DNA from: Vulcanimicrobiota bacterium
GTDB taxonomy: Bacteria > Vulcanimicrobiota > Vulcanimicrobiia > Vulcanimicrobiales > Vulcanimicrobiaceae
Assembly (NCBI GenBank): GCA_963733295.1
Contig: CAVTCS010000003.1
Coordinates: 1,376,001-1,440,000 of the forward strand
DNA: 64,000 nucleotides
Direction of reading: 5' to 3'
Shown piece by piece: positions 1-11,704 of this stretch; position 1 is the first letter of the stretch; each line of letters begins with the position of its first letter. The position numbers were made by a program, and so were the translations under genes. Below the pieces are notes generated by a model, which searched no databases, was not told where the DNA came from, and saw only the letters and a program-made list of their open reading frames with translations.

Positions 1-1820
<1,820 letters not shown>

Positions 1821-1824
<4 letters not shown>

Positions 1825-2627
1825 GAAACGGCGGCCTCTTCCGGGACGGTTTCGGCTTGCACCGGTTCGGGTTCCGCGGCGGCCGGCTCGGGTTCGGCGT
1901 AGGCTTCCTCGTAGTCGCCTTCGTCGTAGCCGGCGCTCTCCGTTTCGGTCTTGCCTTCGATGATCGCATCCGAGATTTTGGAAACCATGAGCTTGACGGC
2001 TCTGATCGCGTCGTCGTTGCCGGGAATCGGATAGTCGATTTCGTCCGGATCGCAATTCGTATCGATGACGGCGATGATCGGGATCTTGAGCTTGCGCGCC
2101 TCGAGGACGGCGATGCGCTCTTTCTTCGGATCGACGATAAAGACCGCGTCGGGCAGACGGTGCATGTCTTTGATGCCGCCGAGGTAGCGTTCCAGCTTCG
2201 CGAGCTCGTCGCTCAGCCGCCGCACTTCCTTTTTCGGAAGCATGTCGAAGGTGCCTTGAGCGCGCATGCCCTCGAGTTCGCGCAGACGTGCGATGCGGCG
2301 TTGAATCGTCGCGAAATTCGTCAACGTCCCGCCGAGCCAGCGCTCGTTGACGAAGAACGTGCCGGCGCGCTCAGCCTCTTCCTTCACGACGTCCTGCGCC
2401 TGTTTCTTGGTGCCGACGTAGAGAATGACTTTATTGTCGCGAGCCATCTGTTTGACGGTCGCATAGACTTCGCGCAGCATCAGCACCGTCTTCTGCAGAT
2501 CGATGATGTAGATGCCGTTGCGCTCTTGAAAGATGTACGGCTTCATCTTCGGATTCCAGCGCCGCGTCTGGTGACCGAAGTGCACTCCCGCTTCGAGGAG
2601 CGCTTTCATTGAAATAACGGACGTCAA
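1821..2627 (-). CDS. rpsB: 30S ribosomal protein S2
   Basis: [35 protein letters not shown]; probable TTG start at 2627 (alternative ATG at 2609). Confidence 0.97.
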
Positions 2628-2740
2628 GAAAGGGACCTTTCTGACCCCTCGCCGGCGGCGTCCCTGCCGCAGACGACATACGGGATCATCGCATCCAGCC
2701 TCCTTGCCGGATGAAATGGGCAACTATGGGAGTATAGCAC
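2628..2740 (-). promoter_or_regulatory. rpsB extended -10 promoter (TGCTATACT, 2731-2739) and about 100-nt leader, possibly S2-autoregulatory
   Basis: Reverse complement GTGCTATACTC about 100 nt upstream of rpsB; rpsB leaders with extended -10 promoters are known in other bacteria. Confidence 0.55.
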
Positions 2741-2787
2741 AGCCCGCCGCGGCGCTCAAAGGTCGCAGGACTAGCCTGCAGCGGCCG

Positions 2788-2982
2788 TCAGCCGACCTTT
2801 TGACGCGGCTGGCGCTCCCCACCGCGGGCGATCTCTTCGTAGATCTCGGCCCGGTGGACGCTCACCTCGCGCGGCGCTTCGATGCCCAAGCGCACCTGGT
2901 CCCGGTCGACCGAAACGATCACGACCCGAATGTCGTCCCCGATGACGATGGCCTGGTTCGGCTTACGGGTGAGGACCAACAT
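2788..2982 (-). CDS. csrA: Carbon storage regulator CsrA
   Basis: [18 protein letters not shown]...[19 protein letters not shown]. Confidence 0.95.
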   Translation of the reverse strand: MLVLTRKPNQAIVIGDDIRVVIVSVDRDQVRLGIEAPREVSVHRAEIYEEIARGGERQPRQKVG

Positions 2983-3124
2983 GGTGGACTGCCTCCATTC
3001 GCCCGCGACTCGTAGCACCCCGCAGCGTCAGATAGGTCCTTGTGCCCAACGAAGCAAGCCCTGCCTCGGGCGGCCTCGCCGGGCCTTCTCCGGCGGCTTC
3101 CTGGCCGGGCACTGAGGCCTTCGG

Positions 3125-4891
3125 CTACGTTGCGAACTGGGTGGCGTGGAGGCGGGCATAGCGACCGCCGCGTGCCAGCAGGACGTCGTGCGATCCGACC
3201 TCGACGACGCGCCCGGCTTCGATATAAAGGATCTTGTTGGCGCGGCGGATCGTCGACAGCCGGTGCGCGACGATGAGGGTGGTGCGGCCCGGCAGGAGCC
3301 GGTCGAGCGCGATCTCGATCAGGCGCTCGGAGTGGCTGTCGAGCGCACTGGTCGCCTCGTCCAAGATCAACACGCGCGGATCGCGCAGCACCGCCCGCGC
3401 GATGGAGATGCGCTGGCGCTGTCCGCCGGAGAGGCGGATGCCGCGCTCGCCGACCGGCGTCTCGTAGCCCTGCGGCAAATCGAGGATGAACTCTTCGGCA
3501 TTCGCTTCGCGCGCGGCGACTTCGACCTCGTCTTGAGTCGCGTCCAGGCGCCCGTAACGAATGTTTTCGGCGATCGTTCCGCTGAACAGCAGCGCCTCTT
3601 GCGGCACGATCCCGATCGCCCCGCGCACCTGCGCGAGGCGGAGCTTTGCAAGGTCGGTGCCGTCGAGCGTGATGCGTCCGACTTGCGGTTCGTAAAAGCG
3701 CGGCACGAGATTCACGATCGTCGTCTTGCCCGCTCCCGACGGTCCCACGAGCGCGACGATTTCGCCAGCCTCGATCACGGCACTCAGATCGTGCAGCACC
3801 GGCGCGGCGTTGCCGTAAGCGAAGGTCACGTGCTCGAAGCGCAACTCGCCCTCGATTCGTTCGAGGTGCACGGCGTCGGGCCGGTCGTCGCGCTCGATCG
3901 GAAGGTCGAGCACTTCGTACACGCGCGCGCCTCCGACCAGCGCTTTCGAGAGGTCGCCCAAATACGTTGAGAAGCGGTTGAGCGGATTGATGGCGAGAAC
4001 GACGGCCGTCCAGAAAGCGATCGTGGAAGACTCGTCCATTCGCCCGACGACGACTTCGCGCGCCGAGAAGGCGACCACGGCCAGGAGCGCCACGACGATG
4101 ATCATCGCGACGACCGGAGTTTGCGTCTGTCCCAGCTGCGTCAGCTTCATGTACGCGCCGAAGTAGCGCTCGTTGAGATCGGCGAAGCGCGCCACTTCGT
4201 AATCCTCGCGTCCGAACGCCTTGACGATCCTCTCCCCCGCGAAGACCTCGGACATCCCCGCCGACAGATCGGCGATGCCTTGTTGCGCGCCTCGGGTACT
4301 GTTCGAAATCAGACGCGTGAACGTCGCTACCGCGAAGTTGACCACCGGGGCGAAGACAAGCAGGAAGAGCGCCAGCAGCCAGTCGGTGTAGATCATGTAG
4401 GCGAGCGCGCCGACGAACGTGATCACGGTCTGCACCATCTGCGGGAGCGAGATGCTGACGGCATCGGTCATGAGGGCGAGATCGCTCGTCGAACGGGCGA
4501 GAAAATCGCCGGGCCGCCACTTGTCGAACTCGCCGAGGGGCAAGTGCAAGACGCGCGAGAACATGCGCACCCGCAGGCTCGCGATCAGTTTTTGCCCGCT
4601 CCAGGCGGTCAGATAGTTTTGACCGTACGAGGCGGCGTTCGAGACCAAGTTGACGACGAACAGCCCGACGATCACCTCGTAAAGGATCGTCATATCGTGC
4701 CGCCGATCGTCGATCACGCGCGAGACGATCAGGGGAAAGGCCTTGGCGTAGGCGAGCGGCCCGAGGCCTGCGACGACTCCCAGCAAGAGGGAGAGAGCCA
4801 GGCGCGGGTAGTAGGGCCGGGCCTCGTCGAGCAGGCGGCGCAAGATCCGATTGCGCGAAACCTTCGCCTCGGCTGCGGGGTACATGGGCAC
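3125..4891 (-). CDS. ABC exporter, fused permease/ATPase (MsbA-like)
   Basis: N-terminal transmembrane domain; GPSGAGKT, LSGGQRQR, ILDEATSALD, AHRLST. Confidence 0.92.
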   Translation of the reverse strand: MPMYPAAEAKVSRNRILRRLLDEARPYYPRLALSLLLGVVAGLGPLAYAKAFPLIVSRVIDDRRHDMTILYEVIVGLFVVNLVSNAASYGQNYLTAWSGQKLIASLRVRMFSRVLHLPLGEFDKWRPGDFLARSTSDLALMTDAVSISLPQMVQTVITFVGALAYMIYTDWLLALFLLVFAPVVNFAVATFTRLISNSTRGAQQGIADLSAGMSEVFAGERIVKAFGREDYEVARFADLNERYFGAYMKLTQLGQTQTPVVAMIIVVALLAVVAFSAREVVVGRMDESSTIAFWTAVVLAINPLNRFSTYLGDLSKALVGGARVYEVLDLPIERDDRPDAVHLERIEGELRFEHVTFAYGNAAPVLHDLSAVIEAGEIVALVGPSGAGKTTIVNLVPRFYEPQVGRITLDGTDLAKLRLAQVRGAIGIVPQEALLFSGTIAENIRYGRLDATQDEVEVAAREANAEEFILDLPQGYETPVGERGIRLSGGQRQRISIARAVLRDPRVLILDEATSALDSHSERLIEIALDRLLPGRTTLIVAHRLSTIRRANKILYIEAGRVVEVGSHDVLLARGGRYARLHATQFAT

Positions 4892-4919
4892 GTCACACTC
4901 GTTCGCCGGAGATACCCGC

Positions 4920-5522
4920 GTGGACTGTTACTTCCACAAAGCCGTTCCGTCCGTAGCTGTTTGCCGCGACTGCCAAAAGACGATATGCGCGACCTGCCGC
5001 GACGAGCAGGGGCTCTGCCCCGGCTGCCGTCTCGACCAGCGGATCAAGTCGGCGCAGTCGGCTCGCGCCGGCCTCGGGGGCCAAGTCGGACCTTCCAATC
5101 CGCCACCGCCGCCACCGCCTCAATCGAACCGCGCGCCGCAAGCCCGCACCACCGCGACGCTTGCGGTCATGTCACCCGAGACGCGCGGACTGCTCGCTTT
5201 CGGCTATCCGCTCTGGCCGCTTGCGGCGCTCGCACTTCTCGACCCGAAACGTTCGCCGCAAGTTCGCCGGCAAGCGCTTCAATCGCTGGCCTTCAACTTC
5301 GGATCGTACGCACTGATCCTGTCGCTCGGCGTCATCGCGCACATCCCGGTTCTGGGTTGGAGCGCTTTCCCGTTGTTCGTGCTCGGTTTTCCGATCTGGT
5401 TCGTGCTGAGCGTGATCTACGGCGTGCAGGTTTGGCACGGCGACGACGTGCGCATCCCCATCATCAGCGACTGGCTCGACATGCGCGAAGCGCGCTCTCA
5501 AGAGACGGCGCGCGCCCGGTAA
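4920..5522 (+). CDS. B-box-like zinc-finger plus DUF4870-like membrane protein
   Basis: GTG start; CYFH...CRDCQKTICATC...CPGC, Pro-rich linker, three hydrophobic helices. Confidence 0.7.
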   Translation: MDCYFHKAVPSVAVCRDCQKTICATCRDEQGLCPGCRLDQRIKSAQSARAGLGGQVGPSNPPPPPPPQSNRAPQARTTATLAVMSPETRGLLAFGYPLWPLAALALLDPKRSPQVRRQALQSLAFNFGSYALILSLGVIAHIPVLGWSAFPLFVLGFPIWFVLSVIYGVQVWHGDDVRIPIISDWLDMREARSQETARAR

Positions 5523-6925
5523 TCTACGTACCGTCGGAGGAAGGTTCGCGCCGCGCTTTCGTGTTCGACGACCGGTTCGGGATACGCCGTCCCATCGAAC
5601 AAGGGCAACGCGATTTGACGTCTGCGCTGCGCTGAAGCGGGGTCGAGGACGTCGGAGTCCGGCACCGCGGCCAGTTCGGAAACCCAGCGGCGCACGTAGA
5701 TTCCTCGCGGATCGAGCGCGCGCGCTTGTTTGCGCGGATTGTAGATGCGCGGAAACTGCGCTAAGTCGGCTCCCACGCCCGCGACCCATTGCCAGTTGCC
5801 TCCGGCCAGGGCTGGTGCGTCCTCGATGAGGTGACGTTCCCACTCGTCGCGCCCGACTCGCCAATCGAGCGCGAGATCGAAGCAGAGGAACGAGGCAGCG
5901 ATCGTGCGCACGCGCGGATGCATCCAACCTGTGGCGTGCAGCTGCCGGATGCCCGCGTCGACGAGGGGATAGCCGGTTCGGCCTTCGTTCCAGGCTTCGA
6001 GAGCCGGATGACGGCGCGCCGCCGGAAAAGCCGCCATGTTCGCCTGCAGCGGACGGTCCGGCGCGTCTTCGAAAAACCACGCCAGCTGCAGGAAAAAGTC
6101 GCGCTGCGCGATCGCGCGCGTGAGCAAACGCAACGACAGGCGCTCCTCCGCCAGCAAGAACGGATCGCTCAGACGCTCGTCGATGCGAGCCAGAATCGTC
6201 CGTGCCGACAGCGTCCCGAAGGCGAGGTGTTCGGAGAAACGCGAGGTCGTTTCGGCGGGCACGTTGCGCGCGACGGCGTAATGCAGGCCGGGACCTTCGA
6301 GATACCGGTCGAGCGCGGCAAGCGCGCGTTCTTCGGAGGGATCGTCGGCCTTCGGCACCACGCCGAACTCGACGTGCGTCGGCGGTGCGTCGGAACGCAC
6401 CTCGCTTCGGACCAAGCGCACGGGCGGCGCCAGCGGCGCGCGCGGCTGAGCCTGCCAGACGGCGATATACGGCACGAGCGCGCGGTAGCCGCGGCCGCCG
6501 TCGGAGCTCCGGGCTGCCGCGGTCTCATCGGGTGGAAGCGCAGGCGCGTCGTGCGCGACGACGACCCGGAAGCCGGCTTCTTCGAGCGTTGACTGCAATT
6601 GACGTTGCTGCTCGAGCGTCGCCGCGTCGTACGCGGCCGACCAGACCACAGCCTCGGCCCCGACTTCGCGCGCGAGCTGCTTGACCGTCGCGAGGAGCGC
6701 GCCGCGCCTCACGATCAGCCGCGAACCGCGCGCCGCCAACGAGGACGCGAGCGCAGCGACCGCGCCGCAGTAGAAGCTCGCTCGTCGCGGCGATCGCGCG
6801 ATGCGCTCGCGCGTCGCCGGGTCGAAGACCAGCGCGGGAACGACGGCACCGAAGCGCCCCGCCTCCGCGAGCCCTATGTGATCCCCTACGCGAAGATCGC
6901 GCGCAAAAAGAAAGAGCGCAGCTAC
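5498..6925 (-). CDS. Photolyase/cryptochrome family FAD-binding protein (divergent); putative non-canonical GTA start
   Basis: Frame is open upstream of the ORF-track start and contains FLFARDLRVGDH (RDLR motif); also GRTGYPLVDAGIRQLHATGWMH, NWQW, RIYNP, DPRGIYVRRWV. Confidence 0.85.
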   Translation of the reverse strand, partial: VAALFLFARDLRVGDHIGLAEAGRFGAVVPALVFDPATRERIARSPRRASFYCGAVAALASSLAARGSRLIVRRGALLATVKQLAREVGAEAVVWSAAYDAATLEQQRQLQSTLEEAGFRVVVAHDAPALPPDETAAARSSDGGRGYRALVPYIAVWQAQPRAPLAPPVRLVRSEVRSDAPPTHVEFGVVPKADDPSEERALAALDRYLEGPGLHYAVARNVPAETTSRFSEHLAFGTLSARTILARIDERLSDPFLLAEERLSLRLLTRAIAQRDFFLQLAWFFEDAPDRPLQANMAAFPAARRHPALEAWNEGRTGYPLVDAGIRQLHATGWMHPRVRTIAASFLCFDLALDWRVGRDEWERHLIEDAPALAGGNWQWVAGVGADLAQFPRIYNPRKQARALDPRGIYVRRWVSELAAVPDSDVLDPASAQRRRQIALPLFDGTAYPEPVVEHESAARTFLRRYVDYRARAVS

Positions 6926-7278
6926 AGCGACTCCATGTAGGCCGCCACGTTATCGACGTCCTTCTCCCCGAGCGTGCCGGGGTAAAGTTCCGGCATCGGC
7001 GGACTGGGATGCTTGATCCAAGCTACTGCCGCCGCATAGTTCTTCCGCGACCTCTCGTTCTTGAGCGACGGACCGATGCCACCCTCGCCGTTCGCGCCAT
7101 GGCAGCCGGCACAGTTCTCTGCGAAGACGGTTTGTCCGAGTACGCCGTCCTGCGCTGCGGTCGATTTGCTTGCACCGGCTGCGTCGCTCGCGACGCCGCG
7201 ATTTGCGCTCGAGCATCCCCCGAAGGCTACGCTCGCCAGCGCGCACGCAACGGCGACGGTCATCAAGCGCTTCAGCAA
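6922..7278 (-). CDS. Monoheme cytochrome c lipoprotein
   Basis: Lipobox FGGC, CAGCH heme motif, PPMP axial Met. Confidence 0.9.
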   Translation of the reverse strand: MLKRLMTVAVACALASVAFGGCSSANRGVASDAAGASKSTAAQDGVLGQTVFAENCAGCHGANGEGGIGPSLKNERSRKNYAAAVAWIKHPSPPMPELYPGTLGEKDVDNVAAYMESL

Positions 7279-7389
7279 CGACTCCTACGGCAAAAAGTGG
7301 ACGGAACGGTCCGCGCTTTTCTTCGGCTCGAATCGGTGGTGCCCATGCTCGCGCCGCGGTCGGCGCGACACGAACCTACCGCAAAGAAC

Positions 7390-8058
7390 TCAGCGAGGCT
7401 GGTCGGCTCGCGTCGTTTCGCAGGCGGCGGGCGGCCCGAGGTCCGAGCCGCGATCGCAGAGCAGGAACCGTTCCTCCGCGACGTCGCGCGAGGCGGTCAC
7501 CGCGGCGGGTTGTACGAGTCCCGCGAGAACGTCTGGAACGTCGCCGAGACGGCCGCCGGCGTCGCGCGCGTGAGCACGCGATGTACGTCTCGGGATCGCC
7601 GCGGTAAGCGGACGCTGGATATAATGCGGAACGGCTGAGACGAGCGCGCCCGAGCGCACCGGTTCCCGCCCGATCCGGGGCGCTGCCGCCGCCTGCGGAA
7701 GGGGCCGGCTCGCTTCTTCGAAGCGATCGTACAAGCGATCGGCAAAGCCCGAAGCCACAGCGAGGTTGAGAACAATGGAAAGCCCGGCGGCGTATCCGAG
7801 CGCCCCGAACGTCCGGCGCACGTTCTTCGAGCGCGTCTCACGGATGCGCGCCAGCAATGGGTCGCCTACCTCGGGGCGCCAGCTCTCCGCGTCGCGCGCG
7901 GAGCGCAGCCGCTCGAGCGGAGAATTCGTTCCCGCGTCGTCATCGCACATCGTGCACGCCGCTGCATGCTCGGCGAAGGCCGAGCGCTCCGCAGCGTTCG
8001 CTTCACCCAATGCGACCGCGCCTGCGAGTGCCTCGAAGGCTGCGTGCTCGCGGCTCAC
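7390..8058 (-). CDS. Putative zinc-binding (HxxxCxxC) membrane anti-sigma factor
   Basis: HAAACTMC, one TM helix, GTGA-coupled to the ECF sigma. Confidence 0.75.
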   Translation of the reverse strand: MSREHAAFEALAGAVALGEANAAERSAFAEHAAACTMCDDDAGTNSPLERLRSARDAESWRPEVGDPLLARIRETRSKNVRRTFGALGYAAGLSIVLNLAVASGFADRLYDRFEEASRPLPQAAAAPRIGREPVRSGALVSAVPHYIQRPLTAAIPRRTSRAHARDAGGRLGDVPDVLAGLVQPAAVTASRDVAEERFLLCDRGSDLGPPAACETTRADQPR

Positions 8059-8576
8059 GGCGTTTCCCCGAGCGTGCGTCGCATCGTGCGCATGGCGCGG
8101 CAAACCCTTTGGCGTACCGCCTCGGCGCTTATCCCCAGGATGAGCGAAGCTTCGGCCGACGAGTATCCGGCGTACGCGGTCAGCATCACCGACTCGAGCT
8201 GTTCGGGCGCGAGCGCATCGAGCGCGCGCTGAAGATCGAGCGAAGCTGCCGATTGCTCGTCCAAGCGGAACGCGGAACGCGCCTCTTCGAGCGGGAGCGT
8301 CTCGCCGCGCCGCTTCTTCTTACGAAGGTGCGTCAGGGCATGGTTCGTGGCCGTCTTGTAAAGCCAGCCGGCCGTGAGCGGCCGGCGCGGGTCGGCGCGC
8401 AGCATCCGGAAAGCGGCAAAAAAGACGTCCTGAACGACGTCCAGCGCCAACTCTTGCTCTCCCACGAAGCGCCGGACGTAACGCGCGAGCTTCACTTGAT
8501 GCTCGCTGACCAAGCGTTCGATTCGAGCTTCCGCTTCGAGCGTCGAGTCGACGCCGAGGACGAAGACGCTATCCAT
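8055..8576 (-). CDS. ECF RNA polymerase sigma factor
   Basis: DVVQDVF, WLYKTATN (region 2); region 4 HTH SAEASLILGISAEAVRQRVCRA; start may extend to 8654. Confidence 0.88.
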   Translation of the reverse strand: MDSVFVLGVDSTLEAEARIERLVSEHQVKLARYVRRFVGEQELALDVVQDVFFAAFRMLRADPRRPLTAGWLYKTATNHALTHLRKKKRRGETLPLEEARSAFRLDEQSAASLDLQRALDALAPEQLESVMLTAYAGYSSAEASLILGISAEAVRQRVCRAMRTMRRTLGETP

Positions 8577-8686
8577 TCCGGCTCCCACGGCGAGGGGCTG
8601 CTCTGGTAACGTAGCAGGGCGTGCGTTCGTGACCGATTCCCTCCAAAGCCTCACTTTGCGCCCGGCGACCGGATTCCGTTCCGGCG

Positions 8687-9349
8687 CTACTTCTCGTCGA
8701 AGACCGAGTCGGCGATCTGAACGTTGAGCTGATAGTTCGAGAAGGCCGAGGTCACGTCGGCCTTATAGGACGGGAGTTCGACGTGTCCCGTCTGTTTCTG
8801 GGGCAGCAAGTTGCCCGAAATCGTTTCAAAGGTTTGCTCGAACGTGATGAAGCCGCCGTCCTTATAGGTCCACGTGTACCCCTTGATCGTCGCGTTCGAG
8901 TCGTCGACCTTGACGTCGAGGTGTTCGACGCGGCCGTTCTTCTTGGGGACGAGCCGGAAGACGGTCTGGGTTCCGTCGTCGGAGAGTTGTGTCACGTCAT
9001 AGATGCGCAGCCAGTTGGCCGCCGCGTCCACGCGGGGATAGACCTTCTTGAACTGACTCGCGAGCGAGGGGACCGTATCGAAGACGACCGCTTCTTTGTC
9101 GGGCTGCTTGAAGTACACGTTTCCGTCGAGCGACGGGTTGAGCGGCACGAACGATTTGAGCGCGACGTCAAGATGAATGGTCGCCTTGTACGTCTTCAGC
9201 GTCGGGTTGAGGTTCACCATGCGGCGCAGGAGCGGGCTCGCATCGAGGGACTCAATCGGGACGGGTGAACTCTCAGGTGCCGAGAGTACGGGCATGCCGC
9301 TCGCCAAGAGGGCTGCGAGAACGATTCCGATTCGAAGCTGAGCCATCAC
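8687..9349 (-). CDS. Secreted LolA-like fold protein
   Basis: Signal peptide; GNVYFKQPDK and FRLVPK beta-rich pattern typical of LolA-like proteins. Confidence 0.5.
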   Translation of the reverse strand: MMAQLRIGIVLAALLASGMPVLSAPESSPVPIESLDASPLLRRMVNLNPTLKTYKATIHLDVALKSFVPLNPSLDGNVYFKQPDKEAVVFDTVPSLASQFKKVYPRVDAAANWLRIYDVTQLSDDGTQTVFRLVPKKNGRVEHLDVKVDDSNATIKGYTWTYKDGGFITFEQTFETISGNLLPQKQTGHVELPSYKADVTSAFSNYQLNVQIADSVFDEK

Positions 9350-9368
9350 AACATAGTCTCCCGTAGGC

Positions 9369-10517
9369 TCAACGCCTCACCGCCCGTGAAGGTTTCCAGC
9401 GCTCCAACGCCCAGCCGATCTCAGATCGGACTTCGCCGTCGCTTTCTTGGACGAAACGAGCGGACAAAGCAGCGAGCGCCCGTGGCGACCCGATCCGTCC
9501 CAGCGCCCAAGCCGCGTGCCCGCGAACCATCGGGTGCGGGTCCGCCGCGAGCGCTCGCTCGAGAGCCGGCACGCTGGCGCGGTCCAGCGCGTTCCCGAGC
9601 GCGACCGCGGCGTTTCGCCGCAACACCGCCGCGCCGCGCCAGCCCATTGCGCTGCGCGCGTAGCTTCGTTTGAATTCGGAGCTGCGCAGCGCGAGCAGAC
9701 GAGTCAGATCCGGAAACGCCGCCGCAACGCCGGCAGCTGCAAACGCGGGCGCGCCTCGCGTTTGAGCGCGTCGCGTCGGAGGGCATACGTCTTGACACAG
9801 ATCGCATCCCCAAATCCAATCGCCGACGAGCGGACGCAACTCGAGCGGAATCGAATCCTTCCGCTGAGTCAGATCCGAGATGCAACGCGTCGCGTCGATC
9901 GTGAAGTCACCACGCAACGCTCCCGTCGGGCAGACCGTCACGCAGCGCGTGCAACTTCCGCAACTTTTCTTGAGCGGAACGCCGGCCTCGAGTTCGAGCG
10001 TCGTCACGATCTCTCCCAAGAATACGAACGACCCGTGGCCCGGCACGATCAGGTTGGTGTGTTTGCCGATCCAGCCTAAACCGGCTCGTTCCGCAAACGC
10101 CCGCTCCGCCAACGGCGCCGTGTCGCAGGCGACTCGCGTTACGCAAGCACCGGCGCGAGCGTCGAGCGCCGACGCGACCAGCCCGAGGATGCGGCGCACG
10201 TCGCGGTGATAGTCGCCCGCCCACGCGTAGTTCGACACGCGACCCGCGAGCTTTGCGTTCCGCTGCGGCGCGGGGTTCGCGTAGGCGATCGCGAGGCAGA
10301 TCACGCTGCGCGCGCCTTCCAGAAGCTGTTCGGGCTGCGTCGCCGTCGCCGCGTACCTCGCGTCGTAGTTCCAGGTTGCGAAATCGCCGCGCGCAAAAGC
10401 CGCGCGCATGCGCGCGTCCGCCGCCCCGTCGGGACGGGCTGCGCTGACTGCGACCGCCGAAGCCCCCGCCGCGAGCGCGGTTCGAACCACGAACTCTTTA
10501 TCCGAACGCGCACTCAC
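9369..10517 (-). CDS. queG: Epoxyqueuosine reductase
   Basis: GRVSNYAWAGDYH, AGLGWIGK, CGSCTRCVTVCPTGA, GCDLCQDVCP, C-terminal HEAT repeats. Confidence 0.95.
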   Translation of the reverse strand: MSARSDKEFVVRTALAAGASAVAVSAARPDGAADARMRAAFARGDFATWNYDARYAATATQPEQLLEGARSVICLAIAYANPAPQRNAKLAGRVSNYAWAGDYHRDVRRILGLVASALDARAGACVTRVACDTAPLAERAFAERAGLGWIGKHTNLIVPGHGSFVFLGEIVTTLELEAGVPLKKSCGSCTRCVTVCPTGALRGDFTIDATRCISDLTQRKDSIPLELRPLVGDWIWGCDLCQDVCPPTRRAQTRGAPAFAAAGVAAAFPDLTRLLALRSSEFKRSYARSAMGWRGAAVLRRNAAVALGNALDRASVPALERALAADPHPMVRGHAAWALGRIGSPRALAALSARFVQESDGEVRSEIGWALERWKPSRAVRR

Positions 10518-11704
10518 GATTGCACGAGACGTTCGACGATCGCGCCGGCAGCCGCGTTGATCCGCGGCCAATCCTTTGCCGCCGGGACGCGCAAGGCGGC
10601 GCGCAAGCGATCGAGTCCAGGGACGGAAGCGTCGGCGTCGTCGAAACGTTCCACCTGGCTTCGGAACGTGTTGCTAAACTTGACGTCGCGATAGACATCG
10701 GCGTTGAAGGCGAGCTGGGCACTCAGCTGTCCGACGAGCAGGGCTCGAAGGGTGCCTTGGTCGAGGTGGCGCTGCACGGCGATGAGCTTCTCGATCGCCC
10801 CGCCGGACCGGTACAGCCGGTCGATCTCGGGCCCCACGGCGAAATCCGCGCGCAGCGCTTGCAAGCGCGTCGCGTCGACCGGCGACGTCTCGATCAGTCG
10901 TACGAACGTCTCGTCGACGAAGTGTTGCGCGTCCGGCTGGGCGAGCATTCGCGGCACTTCGGAGAGCTCCATGAGGGTCGCGACCGCCACGCCGAGCTGC
11001 GCGTCGCCGCGGCGGCCCTGCGCGTAAGCGATGTGCGGAAAGGCCTGCGGGGGAAACGTCGCAGCGAGTGTTTTGACGATCGCAGCCTGATAGGTGAGGG
11101 CCTGATCGACGGGCAAGCCGAGCGGAACGGTCCCCTTGGGATCGGGCGTGACGTGCGCTTCCGCATCCACGATGGCGTCCGGCACGAGCGACCGAAAGCT
11201 TCCGGCGGCCCCTGCGTCGCGTGCTAGCGCAAGGGCGTTCGGTAGGGCCATGACTTGATGCACTTGATCGAGGGCAGCGGGCACTTCGACCGACGCGATG
11301 CCGGCTTCGATGAGCCAGGCCGCGTGCGCATCCTTGAGACGCTCGGGCTCGGCGACGAACGTGGTGTCGATCTCGCCGTAACGCATGTCCAACTTCGCGA
11401 AGTAGCCGTTCGCAAAAGCCGCTCGCAGCCGCGCCGCGTCGGCTGCCGGGAATCTCGGAAAACGCGCGAGGAAACGGTCGAGATCGCGCGAGCAGCGCGG
11501 CCGTTCGAGCACGATCGCACACACCTGAGGGTACTGGAACACCAGAACCGTTCGCGCGCTGGCGCGCCCGGTTTCGTACGCCTCGCGTTCGCTTTGAGTC
11601 GGCACGATGCTTTGCGCGGCGGCGGGTTGCGGTTGCGCGCAACACAGCACGCAAGCGACGAGCGCCCAAGCCGGCGCGCGTCTAAAAGACGTCGAAGGCG
11701 GCAT
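10514..11704 (-). CDS. Hypothetical secreted protein
   Basis: Signal-like N-terminus (RRAPAWALVACVLCCAQPQPAAAQ); coupled to the moeB and queG genes. Confidence 0.6.
   Translation of the reverse strand: MPPSTSFRRAPAWALVACVLCCAQPQPAAAQSIVPTQSEREAYETGRASARTVLVFQYPQVCAIVLERPRCSRDLDRFLARFPRFPAADAARLRAAFANGYFAKLDMRYGEIDTTFVAEPERLKDAHAAWLIEAGIASVEVPAALDQVHQVMALPNALALARDAGAAGSFRSLVPDAIVDAEAHVTPDPKGTVPLGLPVDQALTYQAAIVKTLAATFPPQAFPHIAYAQGRRGDAQLGVAVATLMELSEVPRMLAQPDAQHFVDETFVRLIETSPVDATRLQALRADFAVGPEIDRLYRSGGAIEKLIAVQRHLDQGTLRALLVGQLSAQLAFNADVYRDVKFSNTFRSQVERFDDADASVPGLDRLRAALRVPAAKDWPRINAAAGAIVERLVQS

Noticed and set aside
2628..2723. N-terminal extension of RpsB in the ORF track
   Set aside because: S2 homology begins near 2627/2609; the stretch lies just downstream of the -10 element and fits a 5' leader
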